A stretch of 64,000 nucleotides of DNA from Candidatus Anaerobiospirillum merdipullorum (GTDB lineage Bacteria > Pseudomonadota > Gammaproteobacteria > Enterobacterales > Succinivibrionaceae). Shown one piece after another: positions 18,589 through 28,810 of this stretch. Both the position numbers and the translations under genes were made by a program. The stretch's first letter is position 1, and each line of letters starts with the position of its first letter. The notes below the pieces were generated by a model. That model saw only the letters and a list, made by a program, of their open reading frames with translations. It was not told where the DNA came from and did not search any database. The stretch covers positions 369 through 64,368 of the forward strand of contig JAHLFG010000028.1 in the NCBI GenBank assembly GCA_018883895.1, in the 5' to 3' direction.

Positions 18589-19332
18589 ATGACGGCAAGA
18601 CAGCTCTTTTTGCAGGGGATGCGTGCAGGCATCCCGGTGGTATTTGGTTATGTGCCGGTAGGGATTGCTTACGGTGTGTCAGCGCTTGAAGCCGGTTTTT
18701 CCCCTTTTGAAACCATTTTAATGTCCTGCATGGTCTATTCAGGCTCTGGGCAGGTCTTAGGGGTCAGCATGACCGCGCAACATGCCGGGCTAGTGGCCAT
18801 TTTCATTGCCACCTTTTTAATTAATTTCCGCTATTTCATTATGTCAGCTTGCATCTTCAGTCGCTTGCCTGGCCTGTCAAATTTAGGCCGGGTGCTTGCC
18901 TCATGGTTTGTGGTCGATGAGACTTTTGCCATCTTTACCACCGCGCCCAATAAACTAGCTAAGATCTCTTATTTGGCCGGTATTATTGCCCTGACATACA
19001 GCTCCTGGGTTTTAGGCGCCGCCATTGGGGTGGCAGCACATGCCGTCTTACCTGCATGGATTTCAGCAGGCTTAGGCATTGCGCTCTATGCGCTCTTTAT
19101 TGCCATTGTGGTCCCCGGCTGTAAACGCAATGGGCGCATCTTGGTGATGGTCTTATGTTGTGCCTTAAGTTGCACCTTATTGTCCATGGTTATTGATGGT
19201 AGCTGGGCCATTGTGATTAGCACCTTGGTGTGTGCGGCCGTGGGCGCGCTCTTTATTAAAGAAGAGCCTAAGGCGGTGGATGACAATATGACGGCAAGTG
19301 ACAACTCAAGCGCATCTAAGGAGGGTAAATAA
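18589..19332 (+). CDS. azlC: AzlC-family branched-chain amino-acid exporter, large subunit
   Basis: AzlC pattern (GIPVVFGYVPVGIAYG ... MSCMVYSGSGQ). Multi-pass membrane protein. Confidence 0.8.
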   Translation: MTARQLFLQGMRAGIPVVFGYVPVGIAYGVSALEAGFSPFETILMSCMVYSGSGQVLGVSMTAQHAGLVAIFIATFLINFRYFIMSACIFSRLPGLSNLGRVLASWFVVDETFAIFTTAPNKLAKISYLAGIIALTYSSWVLGAAIGVAAHAVLPAWISAGLGIALYALFIAIVVPGCKRNGRILVMVLCCALSCTLLSMVIDGSWAIVISTLVCAAVGALFIKEEPKAVDDNMTASDNSSASKEGK

Positions 19333-19649
19333 TGGACGTACAACCTTATGTTCTCATTATTTTAGGGATGTGGGCGGTATCTTATTTACCACGTTTGGTG
19401 CCGGCTTTATTTATCTCCAAGTTAAAACTCAGTGCCTACTTCAAGCGCTTTTTAGATCTGATCCCGTATACCGCGATGACTGCCTTAGTCTTCCCCGGAA
19501 TTTTCTATTCGGTGCCGGGGCATATGGAAGTGACGTACTTTGGCGCGGCGGCGGCAGTATTGTCAGCGATTTTACGTCTGCCCCTGGCCGTCACCGTGGT
19601 GATAGCCGTCGGCGTGGTCTTGGGCATAATGTACTTTCAGGGCATGTAA
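19332..19649 (+). CDS. azlD: AzlD-family small membrane subunit
   Basis: 105-aa hydrophobic protein whose start overlaps the azlC stop (TAATG). The AzlC/AzlD pairing is typical. Confidence 0.75.
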   Translation: MDVQPYVLIILGMWAVSYLPRLVPALFISKLKLSAYFKRFLDLIPYTAMTALVFPGIFYSVPGHMEVTYFGAAAAVLSAILRLPLAVTVVIAVGVVLGIMYFQGM

Positions 19650-20054
19650 CTAAGGTTTGGGACGCAATGGCGTTTCGTCGGCAAAAGAGTTGAGCTTGTG
19701 CAAAAGCCTTCTGATAATGATAAGTAAGGCGCACAGCAAGAGGAAGTAGCGCATGACGTTATAGACAATGTATATGGCGTCGATGCGGTCGGCCCTAAAG
19801 TCGGGGCTCATGCTCAATAAGAGAAACTCGGCATAAAAAAGATGAGGGCAGAGCGCGAGAGCTAGCATAAAGATAGCTGACGGCCGTTTACGCTCTTTAA
19901 ACAAGATGACTACGCTGCTCAATAACCATAAACTAGCGGCCACGAGTAATAAATAAGAGCGGATATCCGGCAGTGCCGGGGTGGAAAAGAGTGCTTGGGC
20001 CCACCATGCGACAAAGAGCGACATCACATACAGGATGGGACGGTATTCTTCCAT
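19650..20054 (-). CDS. Hypothetical 4-TM membrane protein
   Basis: 134-aa ORF with four hydrophobic segments. No recognisable family. Confidence 0.4.
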   Translation of the reverse strand: MEEYRPILYVMSLFVAWWAQALFSTPALPDIRSYLLLVAASLWLLSSVVILFKERKRPSAIFMLALALCPHLFYAEFLLLSMSPDFRADRIDAIYIVYNVMRYFLLLCALLIIIRRLLHKLNSFADETPLRPKP

Positions 20055-20132
20055 AACAACTATCCTCAGGCTATTTAGTTAAACTCGCGACGGCGCCTTA
20101 GCGCTAGCAATGCAAAATTTGTTGTATTGTAA

Positions 20133-20162
20133 TTGATCTTAACCTTAAAGATAGTATAGAAT
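20133..20162 (+). promoter_or_regulatory. Candidate sigma70 promoter for tRNA-Thr
   Basis: TTGATC at 20133-20138, then TATAGA/TAGAAT 16-18 nt downstream, just 5' of the tRNA. Confidence 0.4.
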
Positions 20163-20172
20163 GTGCGCCGTT

Positions 20173-20248
20173 GCTGCTTTGGCTCAGGTGGTAGAGCAAT
20201 TGATTCGTAATCAATAGGTCGAGGGTTCGAGTCCCCCAAGCAGCACCA
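20173..20248 (+). tRNA. tRNA-Thr (anticodon CGT)
   Basis: Acceptor GCTGCTT/AAGCAGC, anticodon loop TTCGTAA, T-loop GGTTCGAGT, and an encoded CCA. There is one A-C mismatch in the T stem. Confidence 0.88.
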
Positions 20249-20432
20249 TCCCTCCTATTTAAACTTTGACGCCAAGTTTACCGTAGCGATTAAAGGTAAG
20301 TCATGCCAGCCTTTTTACCCAGCACGGAAAATACGACTGCTTTAATTGTAGGTGCGCAGGTACGCGGGGCTTATGATAATAGTCTTACCGCGGCAGGGGC
20401 TAAAGCATCAGCTAAGGAACACATCTTTTATT

Positions 20433-20969
20433 ATGAGTGAGATTGTATTGGGCATCGATCCGGGATCACGCATTACTGGCTATGGCATTGTCAAAAGTAG
20501 TGGTGGCAGCTTGATGTATTTGGGCTCGGGCTGCATCAATGCCGGTAACGGCCCAATTTATGAGCGCCTCTTGACCATCTTTCAGGCGGTGGGAACCTTA
20601 GTAGAGCAATTTAAGCCCACGGTGATGGCCATTGAAGAGACCTTTTTGGCCAAGAATGTACAATCAACGGTAAAATTGGCCGAAGCGCGCGGCGTGGCCA
20701 TGGTGGCGGCAGCACAAGTGAGGCTTAAAGTTTATGAATATACGCCGATGCAAATTAAGCAGGCAGTGGTAGGCTATGGTGCGGCGCAAAAGTATCAGGT
20801 GCAATATATGGTGCAGCAGATCTTAAAACTTTCCGGTACTCCGCAAAGTGATGCCGCCGATGCCCTGGCCTGTGCCATTTGTCATGCTTATACGGCTAAA
20901 GTTACCACCGCCATGGGCGAGCATATTTCCCTCGCCTCCTCGGTGCATGGGCGCTATCGGCGCAACTAA
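20433..20969 (+). CDS. ruvC: Holliday junction resolvase RuvC
   Basis: IVLGIDPGSRITGYGIV ... AIEE.F..KN..S..KL..ARG, with the C-terminal ADALA.AICH. Confidence 0.94.
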   Translation: MSEIVLGIDPGSRITGYGIVKSSGGSLMYLGSGCINAGNGPIYERLLTIFQAVGTLVEQFKPTVMAIEETFLAKNVQSTVKLAEARGVAMVAAAQVRLKVYEYTPMQIKQAVVGYGAAQKYQVQYMVQQILKLSGTPQSDAADALACAICHAYTAKVTTAMGEHISLASSVHGRYRRN

Positions 20970-21040
20970 ATTACGGGCATACATTTAAGGGCGTAAAGCT
21001 ACAGGCTATAATCACAGCGTTTGAGCGATAAGGAAGTTTT

Positions 21041-21706
21041 ATGTTTGGAAGTATCCGGGGTACGGTACTACGCATCGATGGTTTTACGGCCTTGATTGAA
21101 GTGGCGGGCATCGGTTATGAAGTGGAAGTACCCACAAGTGCGCTTGCTAAATTAAAGGTCGGTAGCACGGCATTTTTATATCTGCATCACGCGGTGCGTG
21201 AGGATGCCCATCTGCTCTATGGTTTTTTGGCCTATGATGAGCGCTTACTATTTCGCGAGCTCCTTAAAGTAAGCGGGATTGGCGCTAAAACCGCTTTGGC
21301 ACTGGTTTCAACCTTAAGTTATGCCGATTTAACGCAGGCGGTGGAAAGTGAGGATGTGCGCTTAATCTCCACCGTGCCCGGGATCGGGCGCAAAACCGCC
21401 GAGCGCTTGATTGTTGAGCTTAAAGATAGATTAAAGCGCCTGCCCATTAGTATAAGTATGGTGCCCACCCCGCCTGAAACTAAGACTGAAACCCCGGTCG
21501 TACCTGCCTCTGAAGGTTTATCACCAGAGCCTTCCTTAAGTCCGCGCGTGATACGTGAGGAGTCCATCGCGGCTTTAATTGGCCTGGGGTATAAAGAAAA
21601 TGCTGCTGTAAGTTATGTCAAAGCGGTATATCAAAGCGGTATGGATACGCGCGCGGTGATCGTCGCGGCTTTAGCCCATATTGCGCAACATCATAGGAGA
21701 GGGTAA
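21041..21706 (+). CDS. ruvA: Holliday junction helicase subunit RuvA (with a Pro/Thr/Ser-rich linker)
   Basis: MFGSIRG....I.....IEV.GIGYEV.VP; HhH motifs ([23 protein letters not shown]). Confidence 0.93.
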   Translation: MFGSIRGTVLRIDGFTALIEVAGIGYEVEVPTSALAKLKVGSTAFLYLHHAVREDAHLLYGFLAYDERLLFRELLKVSGIGAKTALALVSTLSYADLTQAVESEDVRLISTVPGIGRKTAERLIVELKDRLKRLPISISMVPTPPETKTETPVVPASEGLSPEPSLSPRVIREESIAALIGLGYKENAAVSYVKAVYQSGMDTRAVIVAALAHIAQHHRRG

Positions 21707-22815
21707 TGGCATTACGGGAACAAGGGGGCATTATTGCCGATAGTTTGAGCGTACAGACCAATTCCATCGCTCGTCCCGAGGCTACGCCCGAGGAAAAAAT
21801 CGCCGAGTTTGGCGGCGCAGGTTTTGCCGAGGACCGTGCTCTGCGCCCTAAGACTTTGGCCGATTATATTGGGCAAGAAGATGTTAAATCGCAATTGGAA
21901 ATTGCCTTGCAGGCGGCCAAAAAGCGTGGTGAGGCTTTGGATCATGTGTTGATTTTTGGCCCGCCGGGCTTGGGTAAAACCACCTTGTCAAACATTATTG
22001 CCAATGAGCTGGGCGTCAATATATCCTCCACCTCTGGACCTGCCTTAGAGAAAAAGGGGGATGCGGCTGCTTTACTTACCAATCTGCAAAGACGGGATGT
22101 GATTTTTATTGACGAAATCCATCGACTGTCTCCGGTGATTGAAGAGTTTATGTACCCGGCGATGGAAGATTTTCAGGTGGACATTATGACCGGTGAAGGC
22201 CCGTCGGCACGTTCAATTAAAATTGCGTTGCAGCCCTTTACCTTAATCGGGGCGACCACCCGTGCCGGCACCTTAACTTCACCTTTGCGCGCGCGTTTTG
22301 GCATTATCTTGCAATTGCAGTTCTATAGCCCGCAGGAATTAGAGCTTATTATCAATGCCAGTGCCCGTAAGCTTAATATCAGTATTGATAAAGGTGGAGC
22401 CATGGAAATTGCCTCGCGCTCGCGCGGCACACCGCGTATTGCCAATCGCTTGTTACGGCGCGTGCGTGACTATGCCGAAGTGCGCGGTAGTGGGCATATA
22501 GATGTGCACACCGCCAAACAGGCGCTGTTATTGCAAAAGATTGATGAAGATGGTTTTGATGATTTTGATAGGCAGTATTTAAAAACCATCATCTATGATT
22601 TCAATGGCGGTCCGGTGGGCGTAGATAGTTTGGCCGCTTCCCTAGGTTACGAGCGCGATACGCTTGAGAATGTGGTGGAGCCGTATTTAATTCAACAGGG
22701 CTTTGTCCAACGCACCCGTACCGGTAGACAGGCGGCGCGTAAGGCTTACTTGAAGTTTGGGCTCACGCTCCCGGCGCATTTATCGTCCCCGCCTATGGAG
22801 CAAACTGACGAATAA
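21706..22815 (+). CDS. ruvB: Holliday junction helicase RuvB
   Basis: Walker [34 protein letters not shown]. The N-terminus is slightly longer than in E. coli. Confidence 0.96.
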   Translation: MALREQGGIIADSLSVQTNSIARPEATPEEKIAEFGGAGFAEDRALRPKTLADYIGQEDVKSQLEIALQAAKKRGEALDHVLIFGPPGLGKTTLSNIIANELGVNISSTSGPALEKKGDAAALLTNLQRRDVIFIDEIHRLSPVIEEFMYPAMEDFQVDIMTGEGPSARSIKIALQPFTLIGATTRAGTLTSPLRARFGIILQLQFYSPQELELIINASARKLNISIDKGGAMEIASRSRGTPRIANRLLRRVRDYAEVRGSGHIDVHTAKQALLLQKIDEDGFDDFDRQYLKTIIYDFNGGPVGVDSLAASLGYERDTLENVVEPYLIQQGFVQRTRTGRQAARKAYLKFGLTLPAHLSSPPMEQTDE

Positions 22816-22941
22816 ATCATGCCTAACAAGGGATTATTGTATAAAACAGTGCGCTGTGATGATGCTTTTGCACCATCAAGGCCTGCAATGCTGTACACTT
22901 AGCGCACTAACCAATGTTTGATGGCTTAAGGCCTTAATAAG

Positions 22942-23361
22942 ATGAGTAAAGAATTTACCATTCAGGTTCGCGTTTATTACGAAGATACGGACGCCGGCGG
23001 GATTGTTTATTACGCAAATTACTTAAAGTTTTGCGAGCGGGCGCGTAGCGATTTCATTCGTGCCTTGGGCATGTCACAAACGGCGATGCTACAAAGCGGC
23101 AGGGGCTTTGTGGTGGCCAAAATGCAGGCGCGTTTTCGTAAACCGGCCAAATTTGAAGATTTATTGACTGTTTCATGTCAGATAAGTCGGATGCGTCATG
23201 TGGCGTTAAGCTTCCAACAAGAAGTACGCGCTGAAGACGGTACGGTGTTATTTGAACTTAGCTGTGATGTCGCTTTTATTGATTTAAAGACCGGGGAGCT
23301 CTTGCCGCTACCTGAAGATACCACCGCCAAACTTAAGGCATATTGCAACGACGAGGCTTAA
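22942..23361 (+). CDS. ybgC: Tol-Pal-associated acyl-CoA thioesterase YbgC (4HBT family)
   Basis: VRVYYEDTDAGGIVYYANYLKF.ERAR. It lies directly upstream of tolQ. Confidence 0.88.
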   Translation: MSKEFTIQVRVYYEDTDAGGIVYYANYLKFCERARSDFIRALGMSQTAMLQSGRGFVVAKMQARFRKPAKFEDLLTVSCQISRMRHVALSFQQEVRAEDGTVLFELSCDVAFIDLKTGELLPLPEDTTAKLKAYCNDEA

Positions 23362-23364
23362 GCA

Positions 23365-24474
23365 ATGCAGGGATCGCTTTCTATCACTGAGCTTATTTTA
23401 AACGCCAGTTTGCTCGTGCAATTGGTGATGGCTTTTTTGCTCGCTTTATCCATCATCTCGTGGACCATCATCATTCAGCGGAGCAATATGTATAAAAACG
23501 GGCGCCGCAAGGCCGACGAATTTGAAGATAAATTCTGGTCGGGCATTGATTTGAACAATCTCTATCAAGATTGCGTCAAACGCCAGCAGGATTTGGTGGG
23601 GCTGGAGGTTATTTATGCCGCCGGCTTTAAAGAATTTGTGCGCCTTGTAAATTCCGGACCTGCCGATCAGGAAGTGGTGATGGACGGCACTTATCGGCAG
23701 ATGAAGGTTGCCTCCTCGCGTGAAGTGGAGGCCTTAGAGACCAATTTGGCCACTTTGGCAACCATTGGCTCTATTTCTCCCTATATCGGCCTCTTTGGTA
23801 CGGTGTGGGGCATTATGCATGCTTTCGTGGCCTTGGCGGCGGTAAAAAATGCCACCTTGTCGATGGTCGCTCCGCCAATTGCCGAAGCTCTAATTGCCAC
23901 TGCCATGGGTCTGTTTGCGGCTATTCCGGCGGTGATGTTCTATAACCGTTTTGTCACCAAGGTCGAGGCCTTGGAAAATCGCTACTTAAACTTTATGGAT
24001 GAGTTTGCCACCATCTTAAATCGCCGTTTGGTGACCATCCGCTCGCAATTGATGAAGGCCAAGGAAGAAAAAGCGAAGGCAACAGCGCAAAGTGCGCCCA
24101 CAAATGTGGCCTCTGGGGCACAGGTAAATGCTACTAGTGTCAATCCGGCAAGCGCCACGATGGGGCCTTATCCGCAAGCAGGGAGCATGCGCTATCATAC
24201 ATCGGAGCGTCAGACTCCTCCGGGGATGCGTCCTGCCGCTACGAGTAATACCCCGCATTATCCGCCTCCTGGCAGTAGCCTAAGTGGCCTCGATCCTTAT
24301 CGTGCGGTCACCCCGCCGCGCAGTAACAATACGCCGGATAATGTGCAGGCCGGGCGTCAAGTCTTTGCTGACTATAGTGCTACACCGCCTAAAAATAGCG
24401 CACGTAGTGCAGAAGCTGCGTCTACTCCACATTACATTACCCCGGGGGCAGCCGGTTCTAAGTACAAGCGCTAG
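23365..24474 (+). CDS. tolQ: TolQ with a roughly 145-aa low-complexity C-terminal extension
   Basis: Residues 1 to about 225 are collinear with E. coli TolQ (SISPYIGLFGTVWGIMHAF, MVAPPIAEALIATAMGLFAAIPAV). A P/S/T/A-rich tail then runs to the TAG at 24472-24474. Confidence 0.9.
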   Translation: MQGSLSITELILNASLLVQLVMAFLLALSIISWTIIIQRSNMYKNGRRKADEFEDKFWSGIDLNNLYQDCVKRQQDLVGLEVIYAAGFKEFVRLVNSGPADQEVVMDGTYRQMKVASSREVEALETNLATLATIGSISPYIGLFGTVWGIMHAFVALAAVKNATLSMVAPPIAEALIATAMGLFAAIPAVMFYNRFVTKVEALENRYLNFMDEFATILNRRLVTIRSQLMKAKEEKAKATAQSAPTNVASGAQVNATSVNPASATMGPYPQAGSMRYHTSERQTPPGMRPAATSNTPHYPPPGSSLSGLDPYRAVTPPRSNNTPDNVQAGRQVFADYSATPPKNSARSAEAASTPHYITPGAAGSKYKR

Positions 24475-24497
24475 CACGATATTAGAGGATTGCTAAG

Positions 24498-24932
24498 ATG
24501 CAGATACGTACGCGCGCCAAATCGCGCACAGTAGCTGAAATTAATGTGGTGCCCTACATCGATGTGATGTTGGTGCTCTTGGTAATTTTCATCGCTACCG
24601 CGCCGGTGGTGATGCAAGGGGTGACGGTTGATCTGCCGCAGGCTGAAGCCGAGGCGATGAATGAAGATCAGTTAACCCCGATTATTGCCACGGTCGATCG
24701 CGCCGGACAGTATTATGTCAGCGTGGATAGCACTGCAATTAAAGCTGGGGACTTAAATGAGTTAAGCACCTTAGTGGGTAACGAATTGGCCAAAGATCCT
24801 AAGCGTCCGGTGGTGGTGCAGGGCGATGCCCAAGTGCCCTACGATGCTGTCATTCAGTTGATGAATGCCTTAAAGCAAAGTGGCGTTGCTTCGGTGGGTT
24901 TGGTCACCGAGCCCTTGGCGCCTAGTAATTAA
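24498..24932 (+). CDS. tolR: TolR
   Basis: EINVVPYIDVMLVLLVIF motif, a length of 144 aa, and its position after tolQ. Confidence 0.92.
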   Translation: MQIRTRAKSRTVAEINVVPYIDVMLVLLVIFIATAPVVMQGVTVDLPQAEAEAMNEDQLTPIIATVDRAGQYYVSVDSTAIKAGDLNELSTLVGNELAKDPKRPVVVQGDAQVPYDAVIQLMNALKQSGVASVGLVTEPLAPSN

Positions 24933-25031
24933 GTTATATCAGACTAAAGCATATTGCAGCTTACAAGACAATTACGGAGGACGGCAAGCCTCTGCTGCCA
25001 CATTGGGCGGAGCTAACATTGCCGTAAATGG

Positions 25032-26048
25032 ATGAAGATTAATACCACGATGGCCTTCGCGGTCGCCTTAGGCTTGCACTTGGTGCTCTTGGGGCTACTG
25101 GTTGTCAATGTGTCCTTAGATAAGCCCGAGCGCCCGGCTGACGATGCCGGGAGTATTATGCATGCGGTGATGATCTCTACGCCCCCTGCCAAAGGTAGCG
25201 AGCAGGGTAAAGCCACGCCTATAAAAACCCCCGAGCCGCCTAAAGTTGATGTGGCGCAAGCACAGCGTGAAGAGCAATTAAAACAAGCCCAACAAGAATT
25301 GCAGGCCAAGGTCGAACAACAAAAGGCTCAAGAGGCAAAACGGCAGGCAGCGCTGGCCTTAAAGAAAAAGCAAGAGGCCGAGCGTAAGGCCAAATTAGAA
25401 GCCGAGCAAAAGGCCAAAGCCGAGGCTGAACGCAAGGCCAAGGCTGAAGCTGAGCGTAAGGCCAAATTAGAGGCCGAGAAGAAGGCCAAAGCTGAAGCTG
25501 AGCGTAAGGCCAAATTAGAGGCCGAGAAGAAGGTCAAAGCTGAAGCTGAGCGTAAGGCTAAAGCCGAGGCAGAAAAGAAAGCTAAAGCTGAGGCTGAGCG
25601 CAAGGCCAAGGAAGAGGCGGCAAAGAAGGCTAAAGCCGAGGCGGAGCGTAAGGCTAAAGAAGAGGCGGCACGGCTTGCCAAAGAGCAGGCTGCCAAACAG
25701 GCTGCAGAAGCGGCAAAACTTGAAGAGGAGCTCTTAGGGACGGCCGATGGCGTGGCAGGAGGCAGTGGCCTTGGTGGTGGTGCAGGATTGGCTTCAGAGT
25801 ATGGTGCCAAGGTGCAACAGCTCATTGAACAAAATTGGCGCATTGACCCATCGATGAATGGTAAACAGGTGGTGGTGACCTTATCGGTGGATGCGCAGGG
25901 GATGATCTCCGGGGAAAAATGCTCTGGTGATGAGGCAGTATGCGCTTCGGCGCTATCTACTTTGCACTTAATTGGCATGTTGCCACGGCCCCCGGCTAAG
26001 TGTCCTGATTGTAATAGCATTGTGATCACTATGACGCCTAAGATATAA
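25032..26048 (+). CDS. tolA: TolA
   Basis: N-terminal TM anchor, a long (A/E/K)-rich helical domain II, and a C-terminal domain. It lies between tolR and tolB. Confidence 0.88.
   Translation: MKINTTMAFAVALGLHLVLLGLLVVNVSLDKPERPADDAGSIMHAVMISTPPAKGSEQGKATPIKTPEPPKVDVAQAQREEQLKQAQQELQAKVEQQKAQEAKRQAALALKKKQEAERKAKLEAEQKAKAEAERKAKAEAERKAKLEAEKKAKAEAERKAKLEAEKKVKAEAERKAKAEAEKKAKAEAERKAKEEAAKKAKAEAERKAKEEAARLAKEQAAKQAAEAAKLEEELLGTADGVAGGSGLGGGAGLASEYGAKVQQLIEQNWRIDPSMNGKQVVVTLSVDAQGMISGEKCSGDEAVCASALSTLHLIGMLPRPPAKCPDCNSIVITMTPKI
25376..25680 (+). repeat. Tandem coding repeats in TolA domain II
   Basis: The 48-nt units 25443-25490 and 25491-25538 differ at one base. Flanking degenerate copies encode AEAERKAKAEAEKKAK-type repeats. 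Confidence 0.85.
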
Positions 26049-26089
26049 GCGTTTATAATCGTGAGGAGTGAAGTTGTAGCGAGGATAAT

Positions 26090-27382
26090 ATGCGCTTTTT
26101 TAGACAATTGTTGTTAGCAGGTGTGCTATTGTGTGCCTCATTTGCCGCTAGTGCTGCTTTGCAGATTCAAATTACCGGTGGTATTAATGAGGGCCGTAAG
26201 ATTGCGGTTCTGCCGTTTGCCCAGCCGCAGAATATTGGTACGGATGTGGCAGCGGTCGTCAGCGCCGACTTAATGCGCTCAGGTAAGTTTTCTCCTTTGG
26301 CACAAAGCCTAATCCCGACTAATGCCCTGTCAGGAGAGCAAGTAAACTTAGATGCCTTTGCTCAAAGCCCCGCGGAGGCGGTGGTCTTTGGCAAGGTCTA
26401 CCCTGATGGCAATACTTATCAGGTAGAGTTTCAGTTAGTCGGTCTTAAAGGGGCGCAGCAGGGTAAGGTGCTTGCCCATTATCGTGGGGCATCGAATATT
26501 GCTACCATGCGTCAGGCCGCCCATCGCGTCTCGGATCGGGTCTATCAGCATTTAACCGGTCAGCCGGGGGCCTTTAGAACGCGCATTGCCTATATCGTCT
26601 ACAAGCATGGGGAGCCTTTCCCTTATCAGCTGATGACGGCGGACTATGATGGCTACAATGAAGTGCCGATCTTAAAGTCTACCCAACCGATTATGACCCC
26701 GTCCTGGGCACCGGATGGCTCACGTTTGGTCTATGTGAGCTTTGAGCGGCGCGTGCCTACCATCTTTATTCAGGACATCAATAGTAAAGAGCGTACGGCG
26801 ATTGCCTCTTACCCTGGACTTAATAGCTCGCCTTCATGGTCGCCCGATGGCACCAAAATTGCGATGACCTTATCCTATGAAAGTGGGCAGCCGGATATCT
26901 ACTACTATGATCTGCAATTACGGAAGTTAATCCGCGTCACTTCCAATCCGGCCATTGATACTGAGCCGACCTGGTCTGCCGATAGTAAAGCCTTGTTCTT
27001 TACCTCTGAGCGTGGCGGCGGAGCACAGATTTACAAGTTTGACTTTAATACCCGTCAGACTGAGCGCGTCACCTATCAAGGGAGGATGAATCTGTCAGCT
27101 AAGGCTATACCGGGCTCTAATGCCCTTATTGTCATCACCAATCAAAACGGCTATCGCGTAGCTCGTATGGACGTGGATGGCAGTATCTATATGCTAACCA
27201 CCTCCTCCTTAGACGAAAGTCCGAGCGTAGCGCCCAATGGCTCGATGGTGATTTACTCTACTGTCTATCAAGGCCGTAAAGGCTTGGCCATTGTGTCCGC
27301 CGATGGACGTTTTAAAGCGAATTTACCTTCAACCTCAGGTGAGGTCAGCGCTCCGGCTTGGGGCCCCTTACTGGAAAAATAA
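26090..27382 (+). CDS. tolB: TolB
   Basis: Signal peptide plus beta-propeller repeats (P.WSPDG..., repeated). Full-length TolB similarity. Confidence 0.95.
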   Translation: MRFFRQLLLAGVLLCASFAASAALQIQITGGINEGRKIAVLPFAQPQNIGTDVAAVVSADLMRSGKFSPLAQSLIPTNALSGEQVNLDAFAQSPAEAVVFGKVYPDGNTYQVEFQLVGLKGAQQGKVLAHYRGASNIATMRQAAHRVSDRVYQHLTGQPGAFRTRIAYIVYKHGEPFPYQLMTADYDGYNEVPILKSTQPIMTPSWAPDGSRLVYVSFERRVPTIFIQDINSKERTAIASYPGLNSSPSWSPDGTKIAMTLSYESGQPDIYYYDLQLRKLIRVTSNPAIDTEPTWSADSKALFFTSERGGGAQIYKFDFNTRQTERVTYQGRMNLSAKAIPGSNALIVITNQNGYRVARMDVDGSIYMLTTSSLDESPSVAPNGSMVIYSTVYQGRKGLAIVSADGRFKANLPSTSGEVSAPAWGPLLEK

Positions 27383-27395
27383 TAAGGAATAGAAA

Positions 27396-27950
27396 ATGTT
27401 TAAGCAGACCTTTTATATCTTACTGTGCGCCGTGATGGCGTTTAACCTTTCCGCTTGCTCAACGAGTGGGGATAGCGCGAGCCAAAACTCGGCGTCCTTA
27501 GTGCAAGATGGCTCACAGGGCTTGGGCTCTGATGTGCCGATGGGGGTGGATAGCGATGGTGCCGTGACCGTCGGTGATCCCAATGCTCAATATCAGACGC
27601 AATTTGGCGGTCCTGCGGCCCTACGCGAGAACAATACCATTTACTTCAATTACGATAGCGATCAGATTCAAGATCAATACATCGGGGTAATGCAGGCTCA
27701 TGCGCAGTATCTGCGTGACAATCCTGACTCGCGCATCATCATTGAAGGTCATACCGACGAGCGTGGTACTCCGGAGTACAACATTGCCCTAGGAGAGCGC
27801 CGTGCTCGCTCGGTGGCGCGCTATATGCAAAACTTAGGGGTGGATATCAATCAGCTCTCCATCGTCAGTTATGGCGAGGAAAAGCCGCTTGATCCGGGTC
27901 ACTCTGAGGCCGCGTGGGCTAAGAATCGCCGTGCGGTCATTAATTACTAA
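27396..27950 (+). CDS. pal: Peptidoglycan-associated lipoprotein Pal
   Basis: Lipobox LSAC and an OmpA-like domain (IYFNYDSD.I, IEGHTDERGTPEYNIALGERRA). Confidence 0.95.
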   Translation: MFKQTFYILLCAVMAFNLSACSTSGDSASQNSASLVQDGSQGLGSDVPMGVDSDGAVTVGDPNAQYQTQFGGPAALRENNTIYFNYDSDQIQDQYIGVMQAHAQYLRDNPDSRIIIEGHTDERGTPEYNIALGERRARSVARYMQNLGVDINQLSIVSYGEEKPLDPGHSEAAWAKNRRAVINY

Positions 27951-27964
27951 GAGTAAGTATCGCC

Positions 27965-28747
27965 ATGCGTAGATATTGTTTAAAGCTTGGCGTAATGGCT
28001 CTAGTGGCGCTGCTGTTACCCCTAAGTGCGGTACAGGCAGCGTCAGTAGATGATCTGCAAGTGCAACTTAATGCACAGCAGCGCACCATGCTCGCCCAAC
28101 AAAATCAGTTAACGGAGCTTCAAAATGAAATCGCTTCGCTACGCGGAGCGATAGAAGAGCTACGTTACCTTATAAAGCAGCAAAATAGTGCCGCGACAGC
28201 CTCTGTTACCCCGGCGCCTGCTACAGCCGCTCCTGCCGCCACCGTGACGACTACCAATGCCGTAGCAGCTCCGGCCCCAACTACACCGCAGGTAACGGCA
28301 AGTACGGGCACCACTAACGCTACAAGCGCCACTGCGGCTACTAGCAGTGCCAGTACGGGCCCTACGTTAAAACCTGCCGATGCGCAAGCTAAGGCAAGCT
28401 ACGACGCCGCCTATGCCAAGGTGATGGCCAATGACTTTGCTGGGGCTGCCACAGCCTTTAATGACTATGTGGCGACCTATCCTGATAATAGCCTTACTCC
28501 TAATGCGTGGTATTGGCTTGGTCAGGTGCAATATCGGCAAAATAATTTTGAGGCCGCACGCGTCAGCTTCCTTAATGTGGCGCGCTTTACTTCGTCAGCC
28601 AAGCGTCCGGATGCACTGTATAAGCTCGGGCTTATCTGTAAGCAAAAGGGTGATACGGAAAAGGCCAAGCGCTATTTTAATTTGGTAATTAATACTTATC
28701 CTGCTGATACTTCAGCAAATATGGCGCGGCGCGAACTGGGTTTATAG
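27965..28747 (+). CDS. cpoB: Cell-division coordinator CpoB (YbgF)
   Basis: Signal peptide, N-terminal coiled coil, an Ala/Thr-rich linker, and a C-terminal TPR region (Y..A..........A...F..F...YP.S...P.A.YWLG). It is the last gene of the tol-pal cluster. Confidence 0.88.
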   Translation: MRRYCLKLGVMALVALLLPLSAVQAASVDDLQVQLNAQQRTMLAQQNQLTELQNEIASLRGAIEELRYLIKQQNSAATASVTPAPATAAPAATVTTTNAVAAPAPTTPQVTASTGTTNATSATAATSSASTGPTLKPADAQAKASYDAAYAKVMANDFAGAATAFNDYVATYPDNSLTPNAWYWLGQVQYRQNNFEAARVSFLNVARFTSSAKRPDALYKLGLICKQKGDTEKAKRYFNLVINTYPADTSANMARRELGL

Positions 28748-28810
28748 CCAGCGCACGCCTGGCCTGAGGGAGTGATTTTAAAAATTTTTCATAAATTTTT
28801 TAAAAAAGGC

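Noticed and set aside
25328-26107. 259-aa ORF antisense to tolA
   Set aside because: Its sequence is a low-complexity (ASALALRSASALAFF)n product of the reverse complement of the TolA repeats. The sense strand encodes a bona fide TolA in the correct operon position.
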